Below are positions 47,356-57,166 of a stretch of 64,000 nucleotides of DNA, piece by piece. Under the pieces are notes generated by a model that saw nothing but the letters and a program-made list of their open reading frames with translations, was not told the DNA's origin and did not search any database. Numbering within the stretch: position 1 is the stretch's first letter; each line of letters opens with the position of its first letter. The stretch is taken from assembly GCA_020724585.1 (NCBI GenBank), contig DYGS01000001.1, positions 219,139-283,138 on the forward strand, given 5' to 3'. The DNA is from Candidatus Microgenomatus sp. GTDB lineage: Bacteria > Patescibacteriota > Microgenomatia > UBA8517. Position numbers and translations under genes: made by a program.

Positions 47356-48111
47356 ATGGCTAAAAATATATATCTCTCGGTTGTTATTCCTGCATATAAC
47401 GAGGAGATAAACTTAAAAAGAGGAGTTCTTGACTCGGTTTTTAACTATCTGATAGCTAAGAAATTTATCTGGGAAGTAATAATTTCAAATGATTGTTCCA
47501 ATGATAAAACAAAGGAAATCGCGGAGGAATTTGTCAAAAAACACAAAGGTTTTAGACTTATAAACCAACCTGTTAATTTGGGCAAGGGCGGGAATGTCAT
47601 AGCAGGAATAAAAGAGGCAAGGGGAGAACATATCTTGTTTGCTGATATGGATCAATCAACCCCTATAAATCAGTTTGAATTGTTTATACCAAAATTTAAT
47701 GAAGGTTTTGATGTAGTTATTGGTTCAAGAAGTGGAAGACCTGGGCAGTCAATAATTAGAAAATTAATGGCCTATGGGTTTGTATTTTTGAGAACCATAA
47801 TTTTACGCCTTCCTTATAAAGATACACAATGCGGTTTTAAGGCTTTTACAAAAGAAGCTGCTAATAAAATATTTGAGAGAATGAAAATTTTTGGTCAAAA
47901 ACCAAGGTCGGGCAGGGGGTCAGTTACTGCTGGTTTTGATCTTGAAATGCTTTATATAGCGAGAAAATTGAAGCTTAAAGTTGCAGAGGTTCCTGTTGAG
48001 TGGTATGAATACGGACAGAGAAAGGAAGTCAACCCAATCAAGGATTCATGGGAGGGTTTGGTTGATCTTCTCAAAATTCGACTTAATGCAATTTTAGGAA
48101 GGTACAAATAA
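47356..48111 (+). CDS. GT2, dolichyl-phosphate beta-glucosyltransferase-like
   Basis: 'SVVIPAYNEE', 'NLGKG', 'FADMDQSTP', 'DTQCGFK', 'FDLEML'. Confidence 0.9.
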   Translation: MAKNIYLSVVIPAYNEEINLKRGVLDSVFNYLIAKKFIWEVIISNDCSNDKTKEIAEEFVKKHKGFRLINQPVNLGKGGNVIAGIKEARGEHILFADMDQSTPINQFELFIPKFNEGFDVVIGSRSGRPGQSIIRKLMAYGFVFLRTIILRLPYKDTQCGFKAFTKEAANKIFERMKIFGQKPRSGRGSVTAGFDLEMLYIARKLKLKVAEVPVEWYEYGQRKEVNPIKDSWEGLVDLLKIRLNAILGRYK

Positions 48112-49634
48112 TGAGATTTAGAGAAGCTATTGGTAGGTGGAAATGGGTGATTGGAGGATTATTTGCTGTTTTGTTAGTTGGCTACATAGTTAGATCAATT
48201 AATCTAACCTTGCTCCCAATTTTTGTTGATGAGGCAATATATGTAAGATGGGCGCAAATTATGTCATCAGAGCCAACATTGCGTTTTTTACCTCTTTCTG
48301 ATGGAAAACAACCGCTCTATATGTGGATTTTAATGTTTTTGATTAAATATTTTTCAGATCCTTTATTTATTGGAAGAATGGTATCGGTCATGACGGGGGT
48401 AGGAACAGCATTGGGGGTATTTGTTTTTAGTTACATATTATTTAAAAATAAATCGGTTTCATTAGTCTCTTTGTTTCTTTATATAATATCGCCTTTCTCA
48501 GTTTTTTTTGATCGGTTGGCATTAGTTGATTCAATGCTTTCAATGTTTTGCCTATGGACCGCAATATTGGGTTATTTGACTGCAAAATATGATAGATGGG
48601 ATCTAGCCATGTTGACGGGTTTTTCGCTGGGTTTTGGGTTATTAACAAAATCTCCCGCCATTTTTATTGCATTTTTGCTTCCAACATTTTGGCTGTTATT
48701 AAATATTAGAGGCATCTTAAAGCTTAGCGCGACATATATTATCGCATACCTGATGTACAACATTCAAAGACTTGGTCCCAATTTTGATTTATTAAGTTCG
48801 CGAACAGCTGATTATGTTAGACCGATAAATCATATATTTATAAGTTTTTTTGATCCCCTGATTCCCCATCTTAAAGATTTCTTGGTCTGGGTTGGAAGTC
48901 TCGGTCCATCTGCTATCATCCCTATTTTTTTAGTTGGGATATATTTCGGACTTAAAGAAAAATTAAGAGTAACGATTGTTCTATTAATTTGGTTTCTGGC
49001 TCCAGTTTTTGTTCAAGCTGAGTATGCACTGGCTTTCACCGCTAGATATGTTTACTTTGTTATCCCTTATCTATTTATACTTGCAGGCTTGGCAATAATG
49101 ATAAACCAGAAAGTTATAAGATTCTTCGTTTTGGGATTTATTGTGATATTTGTTGTCCAAAGTATTATTTTTAATTTTTATCTACTGACAAATCCTGAAA
49201 AAGCCCAATTACCAAGAGGGGAAAGGTCAGGATACTTGGAAGAATGGACTGCTGGCCAGGGAATAGCCGAGATAGCAAGCTACCTCAAGAACCAATCATC
49301 AATAATCAATAACCAACAGATTATCGTTGGGACAGAGGGATATTTTGGAACACTACCTGACGGATTACAAATTTATGTTAATGATTACCCAAATATTATT
49401 GTTATAGGCGTGGGTGTAATAATTACTGAAACGCCGCAAAGTTTAAGGGAAGCGGTTGAAGCGGGTAATAAAACATATTTAGTTGTTAATAAGTCTAGAT
49501 TTAGAGCAAATTATGAAGATTTGGGTTATAAGTTAATTTCAAAATACCCGAAAGCGCTAAGGTTGGCTGATTCTGATCAATATGCTAAATTTGGACCGCG
49601 GGAAGAACTTTTCTTTTTCGAAATTACAAAATGA
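48111..49634 (+). CDS. GT-C glycosyltransferase (PMT_2-like)
   Basis: 'PIFVDEAIY', 'DGKQPLYMW', 'FDRLALVDS', 'LLTKSP'. Confidence 0.85.
   Translation: MRFREAIGRWKWVIGGLFAVLLVGYIVRSINLTLLPIFVDEAIYVRWAQIMSSEPTLRFLPLSDGKQPLYMWILMFLIKYFSDPLFIGRMVSVMTGVGTALGVFVFSYILFKNKSVSLVSLFLYIISPFSVFFDRLALVDSMLSMFCLWTAILGYLTAKYDRWDLAMLTGFSLGFGLLTKSPAIFIAFLLPTFWLLLNIRGILKLSATYIIAYLMYNIQRLGPNFDLLSSRTADYVRPINHIFISFFDPLIPHLKDFLVWVGSLGPSAIIPIFLVGIYFGLKEKLRVTIVLLIWFLAPVFVQAEYALAFTARYVYFVIPYLFILAGLAIMINQKVIRFFVLGFIVIFVVQSIIFNFYLLTNPEKAQLPRGERSGYLEEWTAGQGIAEIASYLKNQSSIINNQQIIVGTEGYFGTLPDGLQIYVNDYPNIIVIGVGVIITETPQSLREAVEAGNKTYLVVNKSRFRANYEDLGYKLISKYPKALRLADSDQYAKFGPREELFFFEITK
49286..49320 (+). repeat. 7-bp tandem array within CDS
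   Basis: caagaac caatcat caataat caataac caacaga. Confidence 0.65.
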
Positions 49635-49647
49635 TACAATTTAAACT

Positions 49648-51108
49648 GTGGAACAAGAAATTGCAGTAGAAGAAGTCAAATCAAGGTCGGCAAAAGGAAT
49701 AATAGTCTTAACCGGCAGAACTTTTATTTTGCAGCTCATTTCATTTGCGGCCCAACTGTTTCTTTTTGCCTATCTTGATATCTCGGATTTTGGCATTTTT
49801 GCCCTAGTTTCGGCAGTTGTTAATTTTTTGACATACTTTAGCGATATAGGTCTTGCCGCTTCGCTGATTCAAAAGAAAAGTGAGCCAACGCTTCAGGATT
49901 ATAGGACAACATTTACAATTCAACAGACATTGGTGCTAATTTTAATAATTTTGCTATTTTTGTTTTCGGGGAAGATAAGCGGTTATTATGATTTAAATAT
50001 CAATGGTTTATATCTTCTTTATGCTTTAGGCATTTCGCTTTTTTTATCATCGCTTAAAAGCATCCCTTCAGTTATTTTGGAAAGAAAACTTGAATTTACA
50101 AAGTTGGTTATTCCTCAAGTTGCTGAACAAATTATCTACAATGTTTCTCTAGTTTTACTTGCCATGAATGGATTTGGCATTGCAAGTTTTACATACTCTG
50201 TTTTACTTCGAAGTTTTGCAGGTTTGATAATTATTTACTATATAAGTCCATGGAAAGTAGGATTTGATTTTTCAATATCTTCTCTTAAAGAGTTGTTTAA
50301 ATTTGGAATTCCATACCAATTAAATACTTTTTTGGCAACAATTAAAGATGATGGCATGACAATTGTTTTAGGTAGCATTCTTGGTTCAACTGGGATCGGC
50401 ATCCTTTCTTTTGCTCAAAGAATTGGGCGATATCCATTAACTTTTTTTATGGATGCTGTGACAAAGGTTACATTTCCGGCATTTTCAAGGCTTCAGGATA
50501 GTAAGAATGACTTGGAAAAAACCGTAACAAGGTCAATATTTTTCATTTGTTTTCTTGTTTTTCCATCTCTTGTTAGTTTGGTAATTCTTTTGCCTGTAAT
50601 AACCGAGGTTATTCCAAGATATTCCAAGTGGTCTGCGGCATTTTGGCCGCTTTTGCTGATTTCAATAAATTACATGTTTGCGGCGGCAACGACACAATTA
50701 ACCAACTTATTAAGTGCAATTGGAAAAATAAAAATTACCTTCTTTTTAATGATAATGTGGACAGTTTTGACTTGGATTTTTGTGCCGTTTTTGGCATATA
50801 AATTCGGCGTAAATGGCGCATCTTCTGGCTACATGTTGGTGGGTTTGTCGTCTGTTGCCGCCGTGGTTATTGCGAAAAGGTATGTTGATTTTTCAATTAT
50901 CGATTCGATAATAAAACCCTTGCTGGGATCCATAATTATGGGGGTTACCCTCATAGTTTCTACCCGTTTATTGCCTTACAATTTTAATTCTTTGATTATG
51001 CTGGTAATTATAGGCGGGGTATCGTATTTAATATCAATGGTTTCGATAATAGGGGTTAGTTTAATTGAAGATGCTAAAAAAAGTTTTAAGCAAGTGTTTA
51101 ATAAATAA
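49648..51108 (+). CDS. wzx: Oligosaccharide flippase (Wzx/MOP family)
   Basis: About 12-14 TMs, 'DFGIFA', 'SDIGLAASLIQKK', 'KVTFPAFSRLQ'. Confidence 0.9.
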   Translation: MEQEIAVEEVKSRSAKGIIVLTGRTFILQLISFAAQLFLFAYLDISDFGIFALVSAVVNFLTYFSDIGLAASLIQKKSEPTLQDYRTTFTIQQTLVLILIILLFLFSGKISGYYDLNINGLYLLYALGISLFLSSLKSIPSVILERKLEFTKLVIPQVAEQIIYNVSLVLLAMNGFGIASFTYSVLLRSFAGLIIIYYISPWKVGFDFSISSLKELFKFGIPYQLNTFLATIKDDGMTIVLGSILGSTGIGILSFAQRIGRYPLTFFMDAVTKVTFPAFSRLQDSKNDLEKTVTRSIFFICFLVFPSLVSLVILLPVITEVIPRYSKWSAAFWPLLLISINYMFAAATTQLTNLLSAIGKIKITFFLMIMWTVLTWIFVPFLAYKFGVNGASSGYMLVGLSSVAAVVIAKRYVDFSIIDSIIKPLLGSIIMGVTLIVSTRLLPYNFNSLIMLVIIGGVSYLISMVSIIGVSLIEDAKKSFKQVFNK

Positions 51109-52750
51109 TAAATTAGCTGCGTTTCTGATTATTCTTGGATCGATATCGTGGTCGTCTACGATGATTAAAAGCGGCTTCAAATATGAATATGGCTATGGTT
51201 TTTGGGGTGCAAACGGCTATGACGGCGTTTGGCATATAGCTTTAATTAATAATTTGGCAAGATTCAATTTTGAAAATCCGGTTCTTTCCGGAGAATTGAT
51301 TAAAAATTATCACATAGGTTTTGATTTATTCATAGCTATTTTGCATCTAATAACATCAATTCCGGTGAAAACAATTTACTTTCAGCTATTTCCTCCATTT
51401 GCATCGATTATTTTAGGGTTTTTAACTTATCACTTTGTTTATAATTGGACTAAAAGTATAAAATCATCACTTTTTGCGCTATTTTTTATCTATTTTGGAG
51501 GTTCAGCGGCTTGGATTCTCAATTTAGGTGAGTCGGCTTTTTGGTCTCAACAATCAATTTCAACACTGATTAATCCGCCTTTTGCACTTTCTTTGATTTT
51601 TATATTGCTCGGACTTATCTTCATGCAAAAGGGGAAAATTCTTCTTGCGATTTTATCTTTTGGAGTCCTGATCCAGATAAAGGCTTATGCAGCGATTCTA
51701 GTTTTAGGGGGTTTGTTTGTTTCTATTTTTTATTCTTACATCTTACATCATACATCTTATATCTTAAAAATTTTCTTAGGCTCCCTTATTCTTAATCTTT
51801 TACTGTTTTTTTTAGTTAAAAATGATGGACTATCAACTTTTGTCTGGCAGCCATTCTGGTTTTTGGAGACAATGTTTGCTGCGAGCGATCGACTTCCCTG
51901 GCCAAAGATGGCTGAAGCTATGCTTTCTTATAAAAATCAGTCCGTGATTACAAAATTTATATTATCTTATGGTTTGGCTTTTGCAATTTTTATTTTTGGC
52001 AATTTTTGGACACGACTTCTTTTAGTAAAAGATTTATTTAAAAAAATTGATCTTTACAAAATATTTATGTTAAGCATTGTTCTTGCTGGAACCATTGTTC
52101 CCACTTTTTTTGTTCAAACAGGCACGCCATGGAACACTATACAATTTATGTATTATTCTCTATTTTTTGCAGGGATTTTGGCAGGAATTTCTGTTTCCCA
52201 ATTAGTAACATATCGCAAATCAATAATGTTAATTGTTGTTTTATTAACAATTCCTACTTCGTTTTTTAGTTTAATAAATAATTATCTTACAAAGATTCCA
52301 CCCGCAATTGTTTCCAACCAAGAACTGGTTGCACTGGATTTTTTAAATATGCAGGAAGACGGGGTTGTTTTGACATATCCCTTTGATACGGCTTATAACC
52401 CAAAGCAGATTCCGAATAAGATACCTCTTTTTAAATATTCAAACACATCATATGTCCCAGCTTTTAGTAGAAAAAATATCTACTTTGAAAGAACAAATGT
52501 TGAAATTATGGGATACAATTGGGAAGAAAGGAGAAAAAAAGCTCTTGATTTTTTTATAACTACAGATATTGATAAGGCTGGAGAATTCTTAAATAAAAAT
52601 AAGATTAAATACTTATATTTAGTGAAGGAAATGTCTCCTCTTTATGGCGAGCTTTTTAAAGTCGATTCTTCAAAATTAGGGTTAGTAAAGATTTTTGAGA
52701 ATGAAGTAAGTATAATATATAAATATGACAAAAATTTCGGCGGTAGTTAA
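51071..52750 (+). CDS. Polytopic membrane protein, probable GT-C glycosyltransferase
   Basis: 'YDGVWHIALI', 'NYHIGFD', 'QIKAY', about 12 TMs plus an extracellular C-terminal domain. Confidence 0.7.
   Translation: MLKKVLSKCLINNKLAAFLIILGSISWSSTMIKSGFKYEYGYGFWGANGYDGVWHIALINNLARFNFENPVLSGELIKNYHIGFDLFIAILHLITSIPVKTIYFQLFPPFASIILGFLTYHFVYNWTKSIKSSLFALFFIYFGGSAAWILNLGESAFWSQQSISTLINPPFALSLIFILLGLIFMQKGKILLAILSFGVLIQIKAYAAILVLGGLFVSIFYSYILHHTSYILKIFLGSLILNLLLFFLVKNDGLSTFVWQPFWFLETMFAASDRLPWPKMAEAMLSYKNQSVITKFILSYGLAFAIFIFGNFWTRLLLVKDLFKKIDLYKIFMLSIVLAGTIVPTFFVQTGTPWNTIQFMYYSLFFAGILAGISVSQLVTYRKSIMLIVVLLTIPTSFFSLINNYLTKIPPAIVSNQELVALDFLNMQEDGVVLTYPFDTAYNPKQIPNKIPLFKYSNTSYVPAFSRKNIYFERTNVEIMGYNWEERRKKALDFFITTDIDKAGEFLNKNKIKYLYLVKEMSPLYGELFKVDSSKLGLVKIFENEVSIIYKYDKNFGGS
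51731..51765 (+). repeat. 7-bp tandem array within CDS
   Basis: tattctt acatctt acatcat acatctt atatctt. Confidence 0.7.
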
Positions 52751-53633
52751 TACCCTAAATGAGGAGAAAAAAATTGAAAGGTGTTTATCTTCTCTGAAAG
52801 GTTTTGCTCATGAGATTGTTGTTGTTGATATGATGTCAACGGATAAAACACGCGAAATTGCCAAAAGATTTGGTGCGAAGATTTATAAACACAAAAGATT
52901 GGGCTATGTTGAGCCGGCTAGAAATTTTGCAATTGAGAAGGCTAAATATGATTGGGTTTTTGTGATTGATGCTGATGAAGAAATTAAGAACGATTTAAAA
53001 ACCTACATTAAAAAAGAATTAAAAGATCCAAGGGCCTCTTTTTATAGAATACCCAGAAAAAATATGATCTTTGGCAAATGGATGAAGCATTCCGGCTGGT
53101 GGCCTGATTATAACATCAGACTTTTTAAGAAAGGAAGCGTTTCTTGGAATGAAGTTATTCATTCGGTTCCAATGACGCTTGGGCGGGGATTTGATATACC
53201 TTCCTTAGAGAATTTGGCGATTGTTCACAGACACTATCAATCTATTGAAGAATATCTTCTTAGGATGAACAGGTATACGACAATACAGGCGCGAGACCTA
53301 AACAAAAAAGGCATTGAGTTTAAGTGGAGAATGCTTTTAACAAAGCCGTTGTCCGAGTTTTTACGGAGGTATTTTGCTGAGGATGGTTATAAAGACGGTT
53401 TGCACGGACTTTCTTTAAGTGTTTTGCAGGCTTTTTCAGAGGCAATTCTTTATCTTAAGCTTTGGCAAAAACAAAGATTTTACAAGAAAAAGATTCCGCT
53501 GGGTTTGGTTTTGAAAGAAAAGCAGAAAATTGATAGAGAGATAAAATGGTGGTTTTTAACAAGCAGCCTCAGTGAAAGGAAGCCAATTGTGGAGAGAATA
53601 TGGCTAAGAATACAAAGAAAGTTTCTATCATAG
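52725..53633 (+). CDS. GT2 (beta-1,4-glucosyltransferase/WaaE-like)
   Basis: 'TLNEEKKI', 'ARNFAI', 'IDADE', 'WWPDY', 'GYKDGLHG'. Confidence 0.88.
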   Translation: MTKISAVVNTLNEEKKIERCLSSLKGFAHEIVVVDMMSTDKTREIAKRFGAKIYKHKRLGYVEPARNFAIEKAKYDWVFVIDADEEIKNDLKTYIKKELKDPRASFYRIPRKNMIFGKWMKHSGWWPDYNIRLFKKGSVSWNEVIHSVPMTLGRGFDIPSLENLAIVHRHYQSIEEYLLRMNRYTTIQARDLNKKGIEFKWRMLLTKPLSEFLRRYFAEDGYKDGLHGLSLSVLQAFSEAILYLKLWQKQRFYKKKIPLGLVLKEKQKIDREIKWWFLTSSLSERKPIVERIWLRIQRKFLS

Positions 53634-54529
53634 TTTTAAGCATTAATTCATATGAAATGCTTAAAAGTTTTGTTGATAATTTAAAAGAACTTGATTTTAA
53701 TGGATTAAGAGTTGATCTTAAAATTATTAACAACGGCAGCAGTGACAAGCGTTATCTTAATTTTAAAAATCTTAAACTTCCCAAAATTGCAATTCATTAT
53801 TTTGATAACGATAAAAATCTGGGATTTGCCGCGGGTAATAATATTGGCATCAAAAAATCACAGGATTCTGATTATCTTTTTTTTGTTAATGATGATGTCT
53901 TTTTATCTAAAAACACTTTAAAAAATTTACTTAACTTTTTGGAAGAAAATAAAAATTGTGGTTTAGTTTCGCCAAAAATTTATTTTGCCAAAGGGTATGA
54001 GTTTCATAAGGATAGATATAAAAAGAATGACTTAGGAAAAGTAATTTGGTATGCGGGTGGAGAAATTGATTGGAAAAATATTCATACAGATCATCTAGGA
54101 GTTGATGTTGTTGATAGGGGTCAATTTGAAAAAATTCAAGAAACAGAACTTATAAGCGGGGCTTGTTTTTTAGCAAGAAATGAAGTTTTTAAAAAACTTG
54201 CAGGTTTTGAAGAAAAATATTTTTTATATTGGGAAGATGCTGACTTGAGTATAAGAGCTAGAATGGCAGGGTTTGGTGTTTATTTTAATCCCAAAGCTCA
54301 TTGTTGGCACAAAGTATCGGTGTCGGCAGGTGGTTCTGGAAGCCTTTCAAATGATTATTTTTTGATTCGAAACAGATATTTTTTTGCAATGAGATATGCC
54401 TCGTTTAGGACAAAATTGGCAGTTTTCAAAGATACTTTAAGACTAATGTTTTTTGGAAGGCCTTGGCAAAAAATTGGGGCAAGAGATGCATTATTTGGTA
54501 TCATGGGGAGGGGGTCATGGCTAGGGTGA
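53600..54529 (+). CDS. GT2 (rhamnosyltransferase-like)
   Basis: 'NLGFAAGNN', 'VNDD', 'SGACF', 'YFLYWEDADLS'. Confidence 0.88.
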   Translation: MAKNTKKVSIIVLSINSYEMLKSFVDNLKELDFNGLRVDLKIINNGSSDKRYLNFKNLKLPKIAIHYFDNDKNLGFAAGNNIGIKKSQDSDYLFFVNDDVFLSKNTLKNLLNFLEENKNCGLVSPKIYFAKGYEFHKDRYKKNDLGKVIWYAGGEIDWKNIHTDHLGVDVVDRGQFEKIQETELISGACFLARNEVFKKLAGFEEKYFLYWEDADLSIRARMAGFGVYFNPKAHCWHKVSVSAGGSGSLSNDYFLIRNRYFFAMRYASFRTKLAVFKDTLRLMFFGRPWQKIGARDALFGIMGRGSWLG

Positions 54530-55239
54530 AAATTTCTGCAGTAATTATATATGCGAGCGATTGTGATAAAAAGCTTTTTAGTTTGGCCAAAAAATCAGTT
54601 GTGTGGTGTGATGAACTAGTTTTGATTAATGGCAAGAAAGGTAGTTTTAATGATTGGCGAAATGAAGGTTTAAAAAAAGCCAAAGGTGATTGGGTATTAT
54701 ACCTAGATAGTGATGAAGAAATTACAAAAGATTTAGAAAAAGAAATAGCTGAGACCATAAATACAGCAAATCAGAGATTTAATTATTTTGCTATTCCAAG
54801 GAGAAACAGAATTTTTGGAAAAGAATTTAAATATTCTGGCCAATATCCAGATTATCAAAAAAGACTATTTAAACGAATTGCAATAAAAAGATGGACAGGT
54901 GAGGTTCATGAAGAACCAGAGGTAGAAGGTAAAATGGGACACCTTAAAAATCCAATACTGCACCATAAAAACATGACCATATCTCAAATGGTTGAAAAAA
55001 CAAACAAATGGAGTGAAATAGAAGCCAAATTAATGTTTGAGGCAAATCATCCGCCTATGAATTTTTTAAGGTTTATGTCGGCAGGTTTTCGTGAATTGTG
55101 GTTGAGATTTGTTAAGCAAAGAGCATTTCTTGATGGAAAAGAAGGAATCATATATGGAATTTATCAAATTTATAGTAAACTAATCAGCTATTCAAAATTG
55201 TGGGAAATGCAAATAAAAAGTAGATCCAAAATCATTTGA
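54517..55239 (+). CDS. GT2 (WaaE-like, paralog of 52725)
   Basis: 'WRNEGL', 'WVLYLDSDE', 'YPDYQKRLF', 'VHE', 'FLDGKEG'. Confidence 0.85.
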   Translation: MARVKISAVIIYASDCDKKLFSLAKKSVVWCDELVLINGKKGSFNDWRNEGLKKAKGDWVLYLDSDEEITKDLEKEIAETINTANQRFNYFAIPRRNRIFGKEFKYSGQYPDYQKRLFKRIAIKRWTGEVHEEPEVEGKMGHLKNPILHHKNMTISQMVEKTNKWSEIEAKLMFEANHPPMNFLRFMSAGFRELWLRFVKQRAFLDGKEGIIYGIYQIYSKLISYSKLWEMQIKSRSKII

Positions 55240-55270
55240 CTTCGGTATTGTTTTGGACTATTGTTAGTAT

Positions 55271-56083
55271 ATGACTACTTCAGAAGAAACAAGAATTGCA
55301 ATATTTAGACAGAAAGAAATTAGAAAAGTTATACACAAAAATGAATGGTGGTTTGTTGTAGAGGATGTTATTCAAGCGCTAACTGATTCTGTTGATCCAA
55401 AGCAGTATGTTAATAAAATGAAAATGCGTGATATTGAACTTAATAAAGGGTGGGTACAAATTGTACATACCCTTTTAATTCAAACTAAAGGAGGTAAACA
55501 AAATATGGTTTGTTCAAATACGGAAGGTGTTTTTAGAATTATACAGTCAATTCCATCGCCCAAAGCTGAGCCTTTTAAACGCTGGTTAGCTAAAGTTGGT
55601 TATGAAAGAGTACAAGAGATAGAAGATCCAGAACTTGCTCAAAAAAGGGCAAGGGCCATATATAAAGCAAAAGGCTATCCTGATACCTGGATTGAAAGAA
55701 GAATGAGAGGTATTGCAATCCGCGAAGAATTAACTGATGAGTGGAAAAAACATAATGTAAATTTGCCTAAAGAATATGAAATATTGACCGCAGAAATATC
55801 CAAAGCTACTTTTGGGGTAACTCCAAGTGAGTATAAAAAAATTAAAGGACTAAAAAGACAAAACTTAAGAGATCATATGAATGATCTTGAATTACTTTTT
55901 TCACAGCTTGGAGAAGCTGCAACAACAGAAATTACAAAAGTAGAAAATCCAATAGGCTTTAAGGAAAATAAAAAAACTTCATATAAAGGTGGTAGAATTG
56001 CAGGTGAAGCAAGGGAAAAATTAGAAAAAGCCATTAAAAGACCGATTGTATCCTCTGTAAAGTATTTGGATAGTTTGAAGTAA
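55271..56083 (+). CDS. Bro-N domain (phage antirepressor-like) protein
   Basis: 'IAIF...IRK...EWWF.V.DVI..LT', 'FRIIQSIPSPKAEPFKRWLAKVGYER', 'NLRDHM'; own promoter TTGACT-17-TATTGT. Confidence 0.88.
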   Translation: MTTSEETRIAIFRQKEIRKVIHKNEWWFVVEDVIQALTDSVDPKQYVNKMKMRDIELNKGWVQIVHTLLIQTKGGKQNMVCSNTEGVFRIIQSIPSPKAEPFKRWLAKVGYERVQEIEDPELAQKRARAIYKAKGYPDTWIERRMRGIAIREELTDEWKKHNVNLPKEYEILTAEISKATFGVTPSEYKKIKGLKRQNLRDHMNDLELLFSQLGEAATTEITKVENPIGFKENKKTSYKGGRIAGEAREKLEKAIKRPIVSSVKYLDSLK

Positions 56084-56131
56084 TTAACCACAAATTTAGA
56101 CCTCGTCATGGTAAAATAGATGGATACACAT

Positions 56132-57166
56132 ATGAAAGCAGCCATTTATAATCCATATCTTGATACTCTTGGTGGAGGAGAGAGGTATACTATCTTTTTT
56201 TGCACAACACTCGCTAAGTTTGGGTTTAATGTTGATATAGAATGGCGGGATAAAAATATTTTGGAGAAACTTAAAAATAGGTTTGGTATTCCAAGACTTA
56301 ATAATCTAAATATAGTTGATAGTATAAACAGGGGTGATGGTTATGATTTGTGCTTTTGGGTTAGCGATGGAAGCATCCCAACATTAAGGTCTAAAAATAA
56401 CATCATTCATTTTCAATTTCCGTTTAAGGATGTAAATGGAAATTCCTTGCTTAATAAAATGAAACTTTTTAGAGTTAATAATATAGTTTGCAATTCATAT
56501 TTTACAAAAGGGTTTATTGATAAGGAATATGGAGTTAACTCAATAGTAATTTATCCGCCGATTGATACTAAAAAATTTAAGGCTAGGCGCAAAGAAAACA
56601 TAATTTGCTATGTAGGCAGATTTTCAAGATTGACTCAGGCAAAAGGCCACAATTTTTTAATTGATGCTTTCAAAAATTTAACCCAAGACTCAAATTATAT
56701 GGATTGGAAGTTGGTTTTGGCGGGCGGTGTCGAAATTGGGGTCGATGATGAGCTTAAAAAACTTAAGAAAAAGGCAAAGAATCTAAAAGTTGAATTTTTG
56801 GAAAGTCCAGATTTTTCAACTATCGTTGATCTTTACGGCAAATCAAAATTTTTTTGGTCGGCAACCGGTTATAAAACTAATGAAAAGAAGGAGCCCCAAA
56901 AATCTGAGCACTTTGGAATGACCTTAGTTGAGGCGATGTCTGCCGGCGCTGTTCCCATTGTTTATAGATCAGGCGGCTTTAAAGAAATAATTAACTCTTC
57001 AGAAAATGGATATTTGTATGATAATATCAGTGATCTTGTTAAAATTACCAAGAATTTAATTACAAATGGGAAACTGACAAGAGAAATGTCAAAAAAGGCA
57101 ATTATAAGGTCTATGGATTTTGACTCAAAAATTTTTGAAAAGGAGGTTTTAAAGTTAATAAATTGA
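56132..57166 (+). CDS. GT4 glycosyltransferase
   Basis: 'GGGERY', 'CNSYFT', 'IYPP', 'VGRF...KG', 'EHFGMTLVEAMSAG'. Confidence 0.92.
   Translation: MKAAIYNPYLDTLGGGERYTIFFCTTLAKFGFNVDIEWRDKNILEKLKNRFGIPRLNNLNIVDSINRGDGYDLCFWVSDGSIPTLRSKNNIIHFQFPFKDVNGNSLLNKMKLFRVNNIVCNSYFTKGFIDKEYGVNSIVIYPPIDTKKFKARRKENIICYVGRFSRLTQAKGHNFLIDAFKNLTQDSNYMDWKLVLAGGVEIGVDDELKKLKKKAKNLKVEFLESPDFSTIVDLYGKSKFFWSATGYKTNEKKEPQKSEHFGMTLVEAMSAGAVPIVYRSGGFKEIINSSENGYLYDNISDLVKITKNLITNGKLTREMSKKAIIRSMDFDSKIFEKEVLKLIN

Noticed and set aside
55271-56083. Prophage suggested by the Bro-N gene
   Set aside because: No integrase, terminase or structural genes; both flanks are glycosyltransferases.
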